NCBI RefSeq assembly: GCF_051903065.1
Contig: NZ_CP178438.1
Reading direction: 5' to 3' (one strand)
Source: Escherichia coli
GTDB lineage: Bacteria; Pseudomonadota; Gammaproteobacteria; Enterobacterales; Enterobacteriaceae
Length of the DNA: 64,000 bases
Position 1 is the first letter of the stretch. The number at the start of each line of letters is the position of its first letter. The notes beneath the pieces were generated by a model. That model was not told the origin of the DNA. It was given only the letters and a program-made list of their open reading frames with translations, and made no database searches. Position numbers and translations under genes: made by a program. Shown here piece by piece: positions 1-16,458 of this stretch.

Positions 1-647
1 GCAAATGCATCAGTGACAAATTCCGAACAAAACCACGACTTTTTGTCTCCTTCGTCCACACTGCTTAACTGCGCTTTCGCCAGGCCGCTGACGCACTGTT
101 GGCGAAAATCCTCGGAGAACGGATTCAGTGAGCACATCTGGCGAGTCACCATAAAGGGAATAAATTCGACAATGCCGCGATAGTTGTAACCGCTATCTTT
201 AATTTTATTGGCGAACGCGGTGATTTCTGTGGCTTGTTGCGGGGTAAGATCCGGGACTCGTAAGACGAAAAGTTTATCACTATGCTTCATCGCTTTTTTA
301 AGGGAAACAATCTGGACGCCAGCGCCTGTCGCTTCTGCAACGTTATTTTCACCCAGATAGATTGCAACGTGACTCACAGAGGAAGTGCTGAAAACGCGGA
401 TCCCAAATGAGGTTACCCCCAGGCTTGAGGAGAACAGCAAATCGCCGGGTTTGAGATCAGGTACCGTTATTTCTTTTATTGATTTTTCGGTGAAAGAGCT
501 TTGATGCTGGAATTTGACAGCCCATGTTTTCGCCTCGGCATCTACTGCTGTGGCTGATGAGTCTGGCTGGCTGATATCAACGGTACAGGCCGAAAGTAAA
601 AGAAAGCAGGGGAGAAGCAGGCGGCAGTACGCCTTTGGTTTATCCAT
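1..647 (-). CDS. yaeF: NlpC/P60-family lipoprotein YaeF (5' part in window; 3' end runs off the left edge)
   Basis: Minus-strand ATG at 647..645; translation starts MDKPKAYCRLLLPCFLLLSAC (lipobox); position upstream of proS as in E. coli K-12; not in ORF track because truncated by window edge. Confidence 0.6.
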   Translation of the reverse strand, partial: MDKPKAYCRLLLPCFLLLSACTVDISQPDSSATAVDAEAKTWAVKFQHQSSFTEKSIKEITVPDLKPGDLLFSSSLGVTSFGIRVFSTSSVSHVAIYLGENNVAEATGAGVQIVSLKKAMKHSDKLFVLRVPDLTPQQATEITAFANKIKDSGYNYRGIVEFIPFMVTRQMCSLNPFSEDFRQQCVSGLAKAQLSSVDEGDKKSWFCSEFVTDAF

Positions 648-667
648 TTTATACAATCCATGTAAAA

Positions 668-699
668 AAGGGCCCTGAAATTCAGGACCCTTTCTGGCA
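668..699 (-). terminator. Putative Rho-independent terminator downstream of proS
   Basis: Inverted repeat gggccctgaa/ttcaggaccc followed by a T-run on the minus strand immediately after the proS stop. Confidence 0.4.
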
Positions 700-2418
700 T
701 CAGCCTTTAATCTGTTTCACCAGATATTCGACGATGTCACCAGTCTTAATTAACTGTTTCTCGCCGTTGCGACGATATTTATATTCGATATCGTCGTTGT
801 CGAGGTTACGGTCGCCCAGCACAATAGTGTGCGGAATACCGATCAGTTCCATATCGGCAAACATCACGCCCGGACGTTCTTTTCGGTCATCCAGCAGCAC
901 TTCGATACCTTGTGCACGCAGTTCGCTGTACAGTTTCTCAGCAAGCTCTTGTACGCGGAAGGATTTGTGCATGTTCATCGGTAGAATCGCCACCTGGAAC
1001 GGCGCGATAGCGTCAGGCCATACGATGCCGCGTTCGTCGTAGTTCTGCTCAATCGCCGCAGCTACCACACGCGTTACCCCGATACCGTAGCAACCCATCG
1101 TCAGGATTTGGTTACGGCCATCTTCACCCTGTACGGAGGCTTTCAGTGCTTCGGAGTACTTGGTACCCAGCTGGAAGATGTGACCAACTTCGATACCACG
1201 TTTGATCAGCAGCGTACCCTGGCCATCCGGGCTTGGATCGCCAGCCACCACGTTACGGATATCCGCAACTTCCGGGGTAGCGACATCGCGATCCCAGTTG
1301 ATGCCGAAGTAGTGTTTACCATCGATGTTAGCACCAGCAGCGAAATCACTCATCGCCGCAACGGTACGGTCAATCACCACCGGAATCGGCATGTTTACCG
1401 GACCCAGTGAACCCGGACCGGCTTTAACCACGGCACGAATTTCTTCTTCGGTCGCGAAAGTCAGCGGGCTGGCAACCTGCGGCAGTTTTTCTGCTTTAAC
1501 TTCGTTCAGTTCGTGGTCACCGCGCACCAGCAGCGCAACCAGCGGGAAGCTACTGCCTTCAACAGCTTTAACCAGCAGAGTCTTAACCGTTTTCTCAATC
1601 GGCAGATTGAACTGTTCAACCAGTTCCGCGATGGTTTTCGCGTTCGGCGTATCAACCAGCGTCATTTCCTGGGTAGCAGCAGCGCGCGGTTCTTTCGGCG
1701 CGATAGCTTCTGCCAGCTCAATGTTCGCTGCATAGTCAGAGGTGTCGGAGAAGACCACATCGTCTTCACCGCTCTGCGCCAGCACCTGGAATTCGTGAGA
1801 GGCGCTGCCGCCGATAGAACCGGTGTCGGCCTGTACGGCGCGGAAATCCAGCCCCATGCGGCTGAAGATTTTGCTGTAGGCCGCATACATTGCATCGTAG
1901 GTTTCCTGCAGGGATTCCTGAGAAGTATGGAAAGAGTAAGCATCTTTCATCAGGAATTCGCGGGAACGCATGACGCCGAAACGCGGACGCACTTCGTCGC
2001 GGAACTTGGTCTGGATCTGATAGAAGTTCAGCGGCAGCTGTTTGTAAGAGCTAAGCTCGTTACGAATCAGGTCAGTGATAACTTCTTCATGAGTTGGGCC
2101 GAGTACGAACGGACGCTCGCCACGGTCAACAAAACGCAGCAGTTCCGGACCGTACTGTTCCCAACGACCACTCTCTTGCCACAAATCGGCTGGCTGAACC
2201 ACCGGCATCGACACCTCGATTGCACCGGCGTTGTTCATCTCTTCACGCACGATGTTTTCGACTTTTTTCAGAACGCGCACGCCGGTCGGCAGCCAGGTAT
2301 ATAACCCGGAGGCCAGCTTGCGGATCATCCCGGCGCGCAGCATCAGCTGATGGCTGATCACCTCGGCGTCGGCAGGTGTCTCCTTGAGAGTGGAGAGCAG
2401 GTATTGGCTAGTACGCAT
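700..2418 (-). CDS. proS: Prolyl-tRNA synthetase (572 aa); ORF-track start at 2472 is an upstream extension
   Basis: ORF 700..2472; protein begins [30 protein letters not shown] after 18 extra residues; class II aaRS. Confidence 0.95.
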
Positions 2419-2528
2419 GTTGTTACGGTTCCAGTTGGAAGGTAGAACAGGCTCAAGGCGAGCCTGGGACAAAAAAAGTGATTTAGTTTACCAGTGCAAA
2501 AGAAATGTCAAAAGAGAAGGGCGTGAAT

Positions 2529-3236
2529 TTAACGCGGTTCCAGCGCAAAGACTTCAAAACCTGCGTCGGTGACGCGCCAGCGAACGTTAAAATCATGTAG
2601 CCAGACGGCATAGGTTTTACCCGTTTCCTCACCTTTACGATAGGCCGGGCGTGGGTCTTGCGCCAGTACTTCGCGGATAAACAGGGTTAACTGCGGATAA
2701 CGCTTCTCCAGCGTCAAAAGCTGCTTTTCGATCTCTGCGGTAAAACTCACCGTCATCTCTGCCGCTGGCGCACTTTGCGCATAGCTGGCACAGGCATCGG
2801 GAAGCGATTCGGCAAAGGGGAGATACGGTTTGATATCCACTACCGGCGTACCATCGACCAGATCCATACTGCCGAGCTTCAGAATCACGCTGTCTTTATG
2901 GCAAACAACCTCTTTCAGCTCTACCAGCGACATACCAATTGGGTTAGGGCGAAAAGTGGAACGCGTAGCGAAAACACCCATTCTGGCATTACCGCCAAGA
3001 CGAGGCGGACGCACAGTCGGACGCCAGCCGCCTTCCATCGTTTGATGAAAGACGAAAAGGATCCATAAATGGCTGAATGCTTCCAGGCCGCGAACGGCGT
3101 CAGCCTGGTTGTAGGGAGCAATGAGATGTAGTTCGCCGTTGGCGCTTTTTACCAGACCTGGCTGGCGCGGAACGGCGAATTTTTCTTTATAGGGCGAGCG
3201 AATAACGCCTATTTGCTCGAACTGGAAACTGCTCAT
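2529..3236 (-). CDS. trmO: tRNA (Thr-GGU) m6t6A37 methyltransferase TrmO/YaeB
   Basis: 235-aa ORF, conserved position between proS and rcsF. Confidence 0.85.
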   Translation of the reverse strand: MSSFQFEQIGVIRSPYKEKFAVPRQPGLVKSANGELHLIAPYNQADAVRGLEAFSHLWILFVFHQTMEGGWRPTVRPPRLGGNARMGVFATRSTFRPNPIGMSLVELKEVVCHKDSVILKLGSMDLVDGTPVVDIKPYLPFAESLPDACASYAQSAPAAEMTVSFTAEIEKQLLTLEKRYPQLTLFIREVLAQDPRPAYRKGEETGKTYAVWLHDFNVRWRVTDAGFEVFALEPR

Positions 3237-3637
3237 TTCGCCGTAATGTTAAGCGCAGAACCGATACATACAGCCTGACGATAGCAGCCTGGCGTACCGC
3301 TGGTAACTTCGCAGCTATGCAGTAATACCGCATTGGCTTTCATTTTCGAGGCGTTGATTTGCATCCGCTTACGCGCGGTTGGAATGCTCGGCGGAGAGTC
3401 CTGATTAGAGGCCTGGCAAGAGTCGCCACTGACTTCACCGAGATCGCGGAACGGTTTGCCGACTAATTCTTCTGCATTGGTATAAATTCGGACCGGCGTG
3501 GCGCGCGGCGCTTTCGGTTTTGCAGGCTCCGCTTTCGGCTGGGGTGCAGTGCTTTGAACGGGTTCGACAGGGGATCTGCTTAACATGGAACAGCCGCTTA
3601 GCATGAGTGCTACTAAACAGATCGGTAAAGCACGCAT
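3233..3637 (-). CDS. rcsF: Outer-membrane lipoprotein RcsF (Rcs phosphorelay sensor)
   Basis: 134-aa ORF starting MRALPICLVALMLSGC (lipobox), Pro/Lys-rich linker, conserved Cys residues. Confidence 0.9.
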   Translation of the reverse strand: MRALPICLVALMLSGCSMLSRSPVEPVQSTAPQPKAEPAKPKAPRATPVRIYTNAEELVGKPFRDLGEVSGDSCQASNQDSPPSIPTARKRMQINASKMKANAVLLHSCEVTSGTPGCYRQAVCIGSALNITAK

Positions 3638-3754
3638 AGTATTTCCTCAATGTATGATCAAAACGTCAATATTGAATCAGGAGCTTGTAAAAATGACAAG
3701 ACGGGCAAGCGCCCGTCCTGAATGATATTACAAATTGTGGAAACAGCCTAAAAA

Positions 3755-4570
3755 TTACCAGCCTTTAACAGCGCCGCCGTTAAACACTTTGTTTGCTGCT
3801 TCGTAAACTTCGTCAGACTGATAAGCCTGGACGAATTTCTTCACGTTCTCGGCGTCTTTGTTATCTTCACGCGTTACGATCAGGTTTACGTACGGGGAGT
3901 CTTTATCTTCGACAAAGATACCGTCTTTCGCTGGAGTCAGGCCAATCTGGCTGGCATAGGTGGTATTGATAACTGCCAGAGCGATTTGCGCATCGTCCAG
4001 AGAACGCGGCAGTTGCGGTGCTTCCAGTTCAACAATTTTCAGATTTTTTGGGTTCTCAACAACATCAAGAACGGTCGGCAGCAGGCCAACGCCATCTTTC
4101 AGTTTGATCAAGCCCACTTTTTGCAGCAGCAGCAGTGAACGACCAAGGTTAGTTGGGTCGTTTGGCACGGCAACCTGCGAACCATCCTGCAGTTCATCCA
4201 GTGATTTGATTTTCTTGGAGTAACCAGCAATCGGATAAACAAAAGTGTTGCCTACTTCGACCAGTTTGTAGCCACGATCTTTCAGTTGCTGATCAAGGTA
4301 CGGTTTATGCTGGAAGGCGTTGGCGTCGATATCGCCTTTGCTCAATGCTTCGTTTGGCAGAACATAGTCGTTGAAGGTTACCAGCTCAACGTCCAGGCCA
4401 TATTTGTCTTTCGCAACTTTCTGCGCGACTTCTGCAACCTGCTGTTCGGCACCAACAATCACGCCGACTTTAATGTGGTTTGGATCTTTTTCATCCTGAC
4501 CGCAGCCTACCAGTGCCAGTGATCCAATCAGGGCTCCCACTGCCGCAAAGGTTTTGAATTTGAACGCCAT
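3755..4570 (-). CDS. metQ: D-methionine ABC transporter substrate-binding lipoprotein
   Basis: 271-aa ORF with lipoprotein signal (LALVGCG); metNIQ operon context. Confidence 0.9.
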   Translation of the reverse strand: MAFKFKTFAAVGALIGSLALVGCGQDEKDPNHIKVGVIVGAEQQVAEVAQKVAKDKYGLDVELVTFNDYVLPNEALSKGDIDANAFQHKPYLDQQLKDRGYKLVEVGNTFVYPIAGYSKKIKSLDELQDGSQVAVPNDPTNLGRSLLLLQKVGLIKLKDGVGLLPTVLDVVENPKNLKIVELEAPQLPRSLDDAQIALAVINTTYASQIGLTPAKDGIFVEDKDSPYVNLIVTREDNKDAENVKKFVQAYQSDEVYEAANKVFNGGAVKGW

Positions 4571-4609
4571 ACCTTATTCCTTCTTCAATTATTTATGTTG
4601 TGTTGAACG

Positions 4610-5263
4610 TTACTTGCGAGTGACAGCCCGGACGATGCGGTCGCCTGCGAACTGAATTAAATAAACCAGAATGACCAGCAATACCAGTACCGTATTCATC
4701 ACCGTCGCGTTGTAGCCGATGTAGCCATACTGATAGCCAATCTGACCTAAACCACCGGCACCGACTGCACCACCCATCGCGGAATAACCGACCAGGGTAA
4801 TCAGGGTGATAGTTGCCGCATTCACCAGACCCGGCAACGCTTCCGGTAACAGCACTTTACGGACGATCTGCATTGGCGTGGCACCCATTGCGCGGGAAGC
4901 TTCAATTAACCCGGTTGGGATCTCCAGCAGAGCGTTCTCGACCATACGGGCAATAAACGGTGCTGCACCAACGGTTAACGGAACAATTGCTGCCTGCAAA
5001 CCAATCGATGTACCGACAATAACGCGGGTAAACGGAATCATCCATACCAGCAAGATAATGAACGGGATGGAACGGAAAATGTTCACAATCGCAGAAACGG
5101 TACGATACAGCTTCGCGTTAGCAATAATTTGCCCCGGACGCGTGACATAAAGCAGGACGCCAACCGGCAGACCAATCACAAACCCAAAAAATCCGGATAC
5201 GAAGGTCATTGCCAGCGTTTCCCATACGCCACGAACCAGCAGCCACATCATCGGCTCAGACAT
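4610..5263 (-). CDS. metI: D-methionine ABC transporter permease
   Basis: 217-aa hydrophobic ORF; overlaps metN stop. Confidence 0.9.
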
Positions 5264-6287
5264 AACCCAGTACCTCTACTTTTACATGGTGTTCCTGCAG
5301 CCAGGCAATGGCGGCTTGCGTATCTTGTTGTGTGCCGTGCATTTCAGTCAGCATGATGCCGAATTTAACGCCACCGGCGTAATCCATCTGCGCGCTAATA
5401 ATGTTGTTGTTGACGTTAAAACGACGCGCGGTTTCAGAAAGCAGTGGGGCATCGACCGATTGACCGGTAAACTCCAGACGCAGCATCGGCACGCAGTCAG
5501 TGAATGGCTCCGCTTGCAGACGTTCCTGGTAATCTTCCGGGATATCCAGATGCAGGGTTGACTGAATAAACTTCTGCGCCAGCGGCGTTTTCGGATGTGA
5601 GAACACTTCACTTACCGTGTCCTGCTCGATCAGTTCGCCATTGCTGATGACCGCAACGCAATCACAAATACGCTTCACAACGTCCATTTCGTGGGTGATC
5701 AACAGAATCGTCAAACCCAGACGGCGGTTGATGTCTTTCAGCAGTTCGAGAATAGAACGTGTCGTTGCCGGGTCCAGCGCGCTGGTGGCTTCATCACACA
5801 GCAATACTTTGGGATTGCTGGCTAATGCACGGGCAATCGCCACACGTTGTTTCTGCCCACCGGAAAGATTCGACGGGTAGCTATCATGCTTATCGCCAAG
5901 ACCAACCAATGACAGCAATTCCGTCACGCGACGTTTGATCTCGTCTTTCGGTGTATTGTCCAGCTCCAGCGGCAGAGCCACGTTGCCAAAAACAGTACGC
6001 GAAGAGAGCAGGTTAAAATGCTGGAAAATCATACCAATCTGGCGACGAGCTTTGGTCAACTCGGATTCTGACAGCGTGGTCAGTTCCTGGCCATCGACCA
6101 GCACACTACCCTCGGTTGGGCGCTCCAGCAGGTTTACACAACGTATAAGCGTACTCTTACCCGCGCCTGAGGCACCGATAACGCCATAAATTTGCCCAGC
6201 TGGCACATGCAGGCTGACGTTGTTCAACGCCTGGATGGTGCGGGTGCCCTGGTGGAACACTTTGGTGATATTCGAAAGTTTTATCAT
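5256..6287 (-). CDS. metN: D-methionine ABC transporter ATP-binding protein
   Basis: 343-aa ORF with Walker [10 protein letters not shown] and ABC signature LSGGQKQR. Confidence 0.9.
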
Positions 6288-6377
6288 TGATTATTTATTA
6301 TCGTCATTAAGTTAGTCGTGGCATCTCGAATGCCTGAAACGGGCAACGCCGTCAATGAAATGGATGTTAAGGCATCC

Positions 6378-6393
6378 AGACGTCTAAATCAAT
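6378..6393. promoter_or_regulatory. Putative MetJ operator (met box AGACGTCT) in metNIQ promoter region
   Basis: Perfect AGACGTCT octamer at 6378..6385 followed by a degenerate repeat, upstream of metN on the minus strand. Confidence 0.35.
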
Positions 6394-6474
6394 CAGGTTT
6401 ATGCGAAGAGCACTTTCTTGCAGGTCGAAACATGCGATACTAGCGTCACATGCCTTATTAAGGAGCTATAAAAG

Positions 6475-7050
6475 GTGGCGAAGAGCGTACCCGCAATTTT
6501 TCTTGACCGTGATGGCACCATTAATGTCGATCACGGCTATGTCCATGAGATCGACAACTTTGAATTTATCGACGGTGTTATTGACGCCATGCGCGAGCTA
6601 AAAAAAATGGGCTTTGCGCTGGTGGTAGTAACCAACCAGTCTGGCATTGCTCGCGGTAAATTTACCGAAGCACAGTTTGAAACGCTGACCGAGTGGATGG
6701 ACTGGTCGCTGGCGGACCGAGATGTCGATCTGGATGGTATCTATTATTGCCCGCATCATCCGCAGGGTAGTGTTGAAGAGTTTCGCCAGGTCTGCGATTG
6801 CCGCAAACCACATCCGGGGATGCTTTTGTCAGCACGCGATTATTTGCATATTGATATGGCCGCTTCTTATATGGTGGGCGATAAATTAGAAGATATGCAG
6901 GCAGCGGTTGCGGCGAACGTGGGAACAAAAGTGCTGGTGCGTACGGGTAAACCTATTACACCTGAAGCAGAAAACGCGGCAGATTGGGTGTTAAATAGCC
7001 TGGCAGACCTGCCGCAAGCGATAAAAAAGCAGCAAAAACCGGCGCAATGA
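6475..7050 (+). CDS. gmhB: D-glycero-D-manno-heptose 1,7-bisphosphate phosphatase (GTG start)
   Basis: 191-aa ORF, HAD motif FLDRDGT near N-terminus. Confidence 0.9.
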
Positions 7051-7090
7051 TTAAAAGATGAGCGGTTGAAATAAAAATGCATTTTTCCGC

Positions 7091-7228
7091 TTGTCTTCCT
7101 GAGCCGACTCCCTATAATGCGCCTCCATCGACACGGCGGATGTGAATCACTTCACACAAACAGCCGGTTCGGTTGAAGAGAAAAATTCTGAAATTCAGGG
7201 TTGACTCTGAAAGAGGAAAGCGTAATAT
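7091..7228 (+). promoter_or_regulatory. Tandem rrn promoters P1 and P2 with AT-rich UP region upstream
   Basis: P1: TTGTCT (7091..7096) and TATAAT (7113..7118), 16-bp spacer; P2: TTGACT (7201..7206) and TAATAT (7223..7228); boxA-like TGCTCTTTAACA at 7269..7280. Confidence 0.6.
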
Positions 7229-7412
7229 ACGCCACCTCGCGACAGTGAGCTGAAAGCCGCGTCGCAACTGCTCTTTAACAATTTATCAGACAATCTGTGT
7301 GGGCACTCGAAGATACGGATTCTTAACGTCGCAAGACGAAAAATGAATACCAAGTCTCAAGAGTGAACACGTAATTCATTACGAAGTTTAATTCTTTGAG
7401 CATCAAACTTTT

Positions 7413-8954
<1,542 letters not shown>

Positions 8955-9022
8955 CCTTAAAGAAGCGTACTTTGCAGTGCTCACACAGATTGTCTGATGA
9001 AAATGAGCAGTAAAACCTCTAC

Positions 9023-9099
<77 letters not shown>

Positions 9100-9141
9100 A
9101 ATTTGCACCGCAAATTTGAAGAGGTTTTAACTACATGTTAT

Positions 9142-9217
9142 GGGGCTATAGCTCAGCTGGGAGAGCGCCTGCTTTGCACGCAGGAGGTCTGCGGTTCGAT
9201 CCCGCATAGCTCCACCA
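9142..9217 (+). tRNA. alaV: tRNA-Ala (UGC) in 16S-23S spacer
   Basis: GGGGCTATAGCTCAGCTGGGAGAGCGCCTGCTTTGCACGCAGGAGGTCTGCGGTTCGATCCCGCATAGCTCCACCA. Confidence 0.95.
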
Positions 9218-9400
9218 TCTCTGTAGTGATTAAATAAAAAATACTTCAGAGTGTACCTGCAAAGGTTCACTGCGAAGTTTTGCTCTTTAAAAATCTGGAT
9301 CAAGCTGAAAATTGAAACACTGAACAACGAAAGTTGTTCGTGAGTCTCTCAAATTTTCGCAACACGATGATGAATCGAAAGAAACATCTTCGGGTTGTGA

Positions 9401-12303
<2,903 letters not shown>

Positions 12304-12396
12304 ACAACGCCGAAGCTGTTTTGGCGGATTGAGAGAAGATTTTCAGCCTGATACAGATTAAATCAGAACGCAGAAGCGGTCTGATAAAACAGAATT

Positions 12397-12516
12397 TGCC
12401 TGGCGGCCTTAGCGCGGTGGTCCCACCTGACCCCATGCCGAACTCAGAAGTGAAACGCCGTAGCGCCGATGGTAGTGTGGGGTCTCCCCATGCGAGAGTA
12501 GGGAACTGCCAGGCAT
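12397..12516 (+). rRNA. rrfH: 5S ribosomal RNA
   Basis: TGCCTGGCGGCC...ACTGCCAGGCAT, 120 nt. Confidence 0.95.
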
Positions 12517-12568
12517 CAAATTAAGCAGTAAGCCGGTCATAAAACCGGTGGTTGTAAAAGAATTCGGT

Positions 12569-12645
12569 GGAGCGGTAGTTCAGTCGGTTAGAATACCTGC
12601 CTGTCACGCAGGGGGTCGCGGGTTCGAGTCCCGTCCGTTCCGCCA
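12569..12645 (+). tRNA. aspU: tRNA-Asp (GUC), distal tRNA of the rrn operon
   Basis: GGAGCGGTAGTTCAGTCGGTTAGAATACCTGCCTGTCACGCAGGGGGTCGCGGGTTCGAGTCCCGTCCGTTCCGCCA. Confidence 0.95.
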
Positions 12646-12656
12646 CTTATTAAGAA

Positions 12657-12686
12657 GCCTCGAGTTATCGCTCGAGGTTTTTTTTC
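12657..12686 (+). terminator. rrn operon Rho-independent terminator
   Basis: Hairpin GCCTCGAG-TTATCG-CTCGAGG followed by T8. Confidence 0.6.
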
Positions 12687-12807
12687 GTCTACATTTCTAT
12701 TATTGCTAAAATCGCATAAATCCTCTGCGTTTTACGCCCTTTTTCCGCAACATTCTAAAGCCCATAATCACCTCAGTTAACGAAAATAGCATTAAAAGAG
12801 GCATATT

Positions 12808-13611
12808 ATGGCTATCCCTGCATTTGGTTTAGGTACTTTCCGTCTGAAAGACGACGTTGTTATTTCATCTGTGAAAACGGCGCTTGAACTTGGTTATCGC
12901 GCAATTGATACTGCACAAATCTATGATAACGAAGCCGCAGTAGGTCTGGCGATTGCAGAAAGTGGCGTGCCACGTCATGAACTCTACATCACCACTAAAA
13001 TCTGGATTGAAAATCTCAGCAAAGACAAATTGATCCCGAGTCTGAAAGAGAGCCTGCAAAAATTGCGTACTGATTATGTTGATCTGACGCTAATCCACTG
13101 GCCGTCACCAAACGATGAAGTCTCTGTTGAAGAGTTTATGCAGGCGCTGCTGGAAGCCAAAAAAGAAGGGTTGACGCGTGAGATCGGTATTTCCAACTTC
13201 ACGATCCCATTGATGGAAAAGGCGATTGCTGCTGTTGGCGCTGAAAACATCGCTACTAACCAGATTGAACTCTCTCCTTATCTGCAAAACCGTAAAGTGG
13301 TTGCCTGGGCTAAACAGCACGGCATCCATATTACTTCCTATATGACGCTGGCGTATGGTAAGGCCCTGAAAGATGAGGTTATTGCTCGTATCGCAGCTAA
13401 ACACAATGCGACTCCGGCACAAGTGATTCTGGCGTGGGCTATGGGGGAAGGTTACTCAGTAATTCCTTCTTCTACTAAACGTAAAAACCTGGAAAGTAAT
13501 CTTAAGGCACAAAATTTACAGCTTGATGCCGAAGATAAAAAAGCGATCGCCGCACTGGATTGCAACGACCGCCTGGTTAGCCCGGAAGGTCTGGCTCCTG
13601 AATGGGATTAA
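12808..13611 (+). CDS. dkgB: 2,5-diketo-D-gluconate reductase B (aldo-keto reductase)
   Basis: 267-aa ORF, AKR family; RBS AAGAGG upstream. Confidence 0.9.
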   Translation: MAIPAFGLGTFRLKDDVVISSVKTALELGYRAIDTAQIYDNEAAVGLAIAESGVPRHELYITTKIWIENLSKDKLIPSLKESLQKLRTDYVDLTLIHWPSPNDEVSVEEFMQALLEAKKEGLTREIGISNFTIPLMEKAIAAVGAENIATNQIELSPYLQNRKVVAWAKQHGIHITSYMTLAYGKALKDEVIARIAAKHNATPAQVILAWAMGEGYSVIPSSTKRKNLESNLKAQNLQLDAEDKKAIAALDCNDRLVSPEGLAPEWD

Positions 13612-14522
13612 GCCTCTCTGACAGCTCCTCCGGGAGCTGTTTTTACATGCTCGCTAAGGAAATCGATAAAAGCCCGGATGCGCGTACTTACCGCACGGTC
13701 GCTGTAATAGACGGCACTGAATGGCATTTCCACTGGCAACACTTTATCTGCCATTAACTCCACCAATTCTCCGCGAGCGATTTCTCTGTCGATCATATAG
13801 TCGGACAAACACGCAATCCCGTTGCCACTCAGGCAAAGCTGTTTCAGTGTTTCCCCACTATTGGATGACAAACCGTACTTCACCTCATGTAATTGTCCAT
13901 CACTACAGGCTATCGGCCAGGTATTGAGGGAAGCGGGTTCAGTGAATCCCAGGCAAACATGTTGCTTTAAATCGTCGATCGTTTCTGGCTTCCCGTAGCG
14001 GGAAATATAATCGGGGGAGGCGATAATTTTTCGATAACTGTTAAATAACGGCCTGGCACGTAAGCTGGAATCCGTTAACGCACCAGCGCGTATCGCGACA
14101 TCCACTTTTCTTTCGATCAAATTAATAATCGTTTCGGAGGAGACTAGCGATAAAGTGACTTCCGGATAGCGTTCACGGAAAGGCTTAATCAACGGCATCA
14201 GAAAGTGCAGCACCACTGGAGTTGCGGCATCGATGCGCAACAGTCCACGCGGTGTATTACGCGTCTCCATAATTTCTGATTCTGCCGCTGCCATCTCCTG
14301 CAAAATTGACTGTACGCGACGAAAATAACGCTCGCCTTCTTCCGTCAGGCTAAGTTGCCGCGTGGTCCGATTAAGCAGGCTAACGCCAAGTTTCATCTCC
14401 AGCTTTTTCACCGCCCGGCTTACCGCTGAGTTTGCTTGCCCTAATTGTTCCGCTGCCCGGCTAAAGCTGCCGCTTTCTACGACCGAAACAAAAATGGCGA
14501 GTTCTTCCGACGTGGCTTTCAT
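13608..14522 (-). CDS. yafC: LysR-family transcriptional regulator
   Basis: 304-aa ORF with N-terminal HTH ([23 protein letters not shown]). Confidence 0.85.
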   Translation of the reverse strand: MKATSEELAIFVSVVESGSFSRAAEQLGQANSAVSRAVKKLEMKLGVSLLNRTTRQLSLTEEGERYFRRVQSILQEMAAAESEIMETRNTPRGLLRIDAATPVVLHFLMPLIKPFRERYPEVTLSLVSSETIINLIERKVDVAIRAGALTDSSLRARPLFNSYRKIIASPDYISRYGKPETIDDLKQHVCLGFTEPASLNTWPIACSDGQLHEVKYGLSSNSGETLKQLCLSGNGIACLSDYMIDREIARGELVELMADKVLPVEMPFSAVYYSDRAVSTRIRAFIDFLSEHVKTAPGGAVREA

Positions 14523-14711
14523 TTTTGCTCCTGTTGCAAAATAGAAGAGATATTTTGAATTTATTTGTCATTAAACCATCAGGATGCGTGATATGTCATC
14601 CGATTTAATGTTCTCAATAATGAGCAAAATTCTGACCGGTGTAAGCACTTGCTTACATAACAATATACAATTGCTCGTTGAAAGAGTGAGCTAAAATCCC
14701 TATAACAGTAG

Positions 14712-15563
<852 letters not shown>

Positions 15564-15640
15564 GGTATGTCAGGTCTGCCACAGGGCAGACCAACGTTTG
15601 GCGCTGTCCTTTTATACTCAAACAACAAAAGGACGGCGCA

Positions 15641-16411
15641 ATGACAACACAATCCCACCATGACCACGTAGAAAAGCAGTTTAGCTCTCAAGCCAGCGAA
15701 TATCTGACCAGTACCGTACATGCATCCGGACGAGATTTACAGCGCCTGGCGGTGCGTCTGGCTGATTATCCTGATGCAAGTGTACTTGATATGGGCTGCG
15801 GAGCAGGGCATGCCAGCTTTGTCGCTGCGCAAAACGTGAGCACGGTGGTGGCGTATGACTTATCTGCCCAAATGCTGGATGTCGTGGCACAAGCTGCCGA
15901 AGTCCGGCAACTGAAAAATATCACCACCCGCCAGGGATATGCCGAAAGTCTGCCATTTGCCGATAACGCATTTGATATTGTTATCAGTCGTTATTCTGCC
16001 CATCACTGGCATGATGTTGGTGCAGCACTGCGAGAAGTGAATAGGATATTGAAACCTGGCGGTAGGCTGATTGTGATGGACGTAATGTCTCCGGGTCACC
16101 CAGTGCGCGACATCTGGTTACAGACGGTAGAAGCATTACGCGATACCTCTCACGTACGAAACTACGCCAGCGGTGAGTGGTTGAGGTTAATCAATGAAGC
16201 CAATCTGATAGTTGATAATTTAATTACAGATAAGTTACCGCTGGAATTTTCTTCATGGGTCGCGAGAATGCGTACGCCAGAAGCGTTAGTAGACGCTATT
16301 CGCATTTACCAACAGAGCGCATCGACAGAGGTGAGAACGTATTTTGCCTTGCAGAATGATGGCTCTTTCACCAGTGATATCATCATGGTAGATGCACATA
16401 AAGCGGCATAA
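15641..16411 (+). CDS. yafE: SAM-dependent methyltransferase (start uncertain)
   Basis: 256-aa ORF with methyltransferase motif I VLDMGCGAGH. Confidence 0.8.
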   Translation: MTTQSHHDHVEKQFSSQASEYLTSTVHASGRDLQRLAVRLADYPDASVLDMGCGAGHASFVAAQNVSTVVAYDLSAQMLDVVAQAAEVRQLKNITTRQGYAESLPFADNAFDIVISRYSAHHWHDVGAALREVNRILKPGGRLIVMDVMSPGHPVRDIWLQTVEALRDTSHVRNYASGEWLRLINEANLIVDNLITDKLPLEFSSWVARMRTPEALVDAIRIYQQSASTEVRTYFALQNDGSFTSDIIMVDAHKAA

Positions 16412-16414
16412 ATA

Positions 16415-16446
16415 AAAAAGGCACCGGGGGAATCGGTGCCTTTCTA
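16415..16446. terminator. Bidirectional terminator between convergent yafE and mltD
   Basis: AAAAAAGGCACCG-GGGGAAT-CGGTGCCTTTCT hairpin with A/T runs on both sides. Confidence 0.5.
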
Positions 16447-16458
16447 TTATCTGGTTTG

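Noticed and set aside
635-2357. Plus-strand ORFs antisense to proS (635..1042, 1108..1410, 1325..1735, 1513..2304, 2094..2357)
   Set aside because: They overlap the highly conserved proS gene on the opposite strand and lack any motif; treated as spurious.
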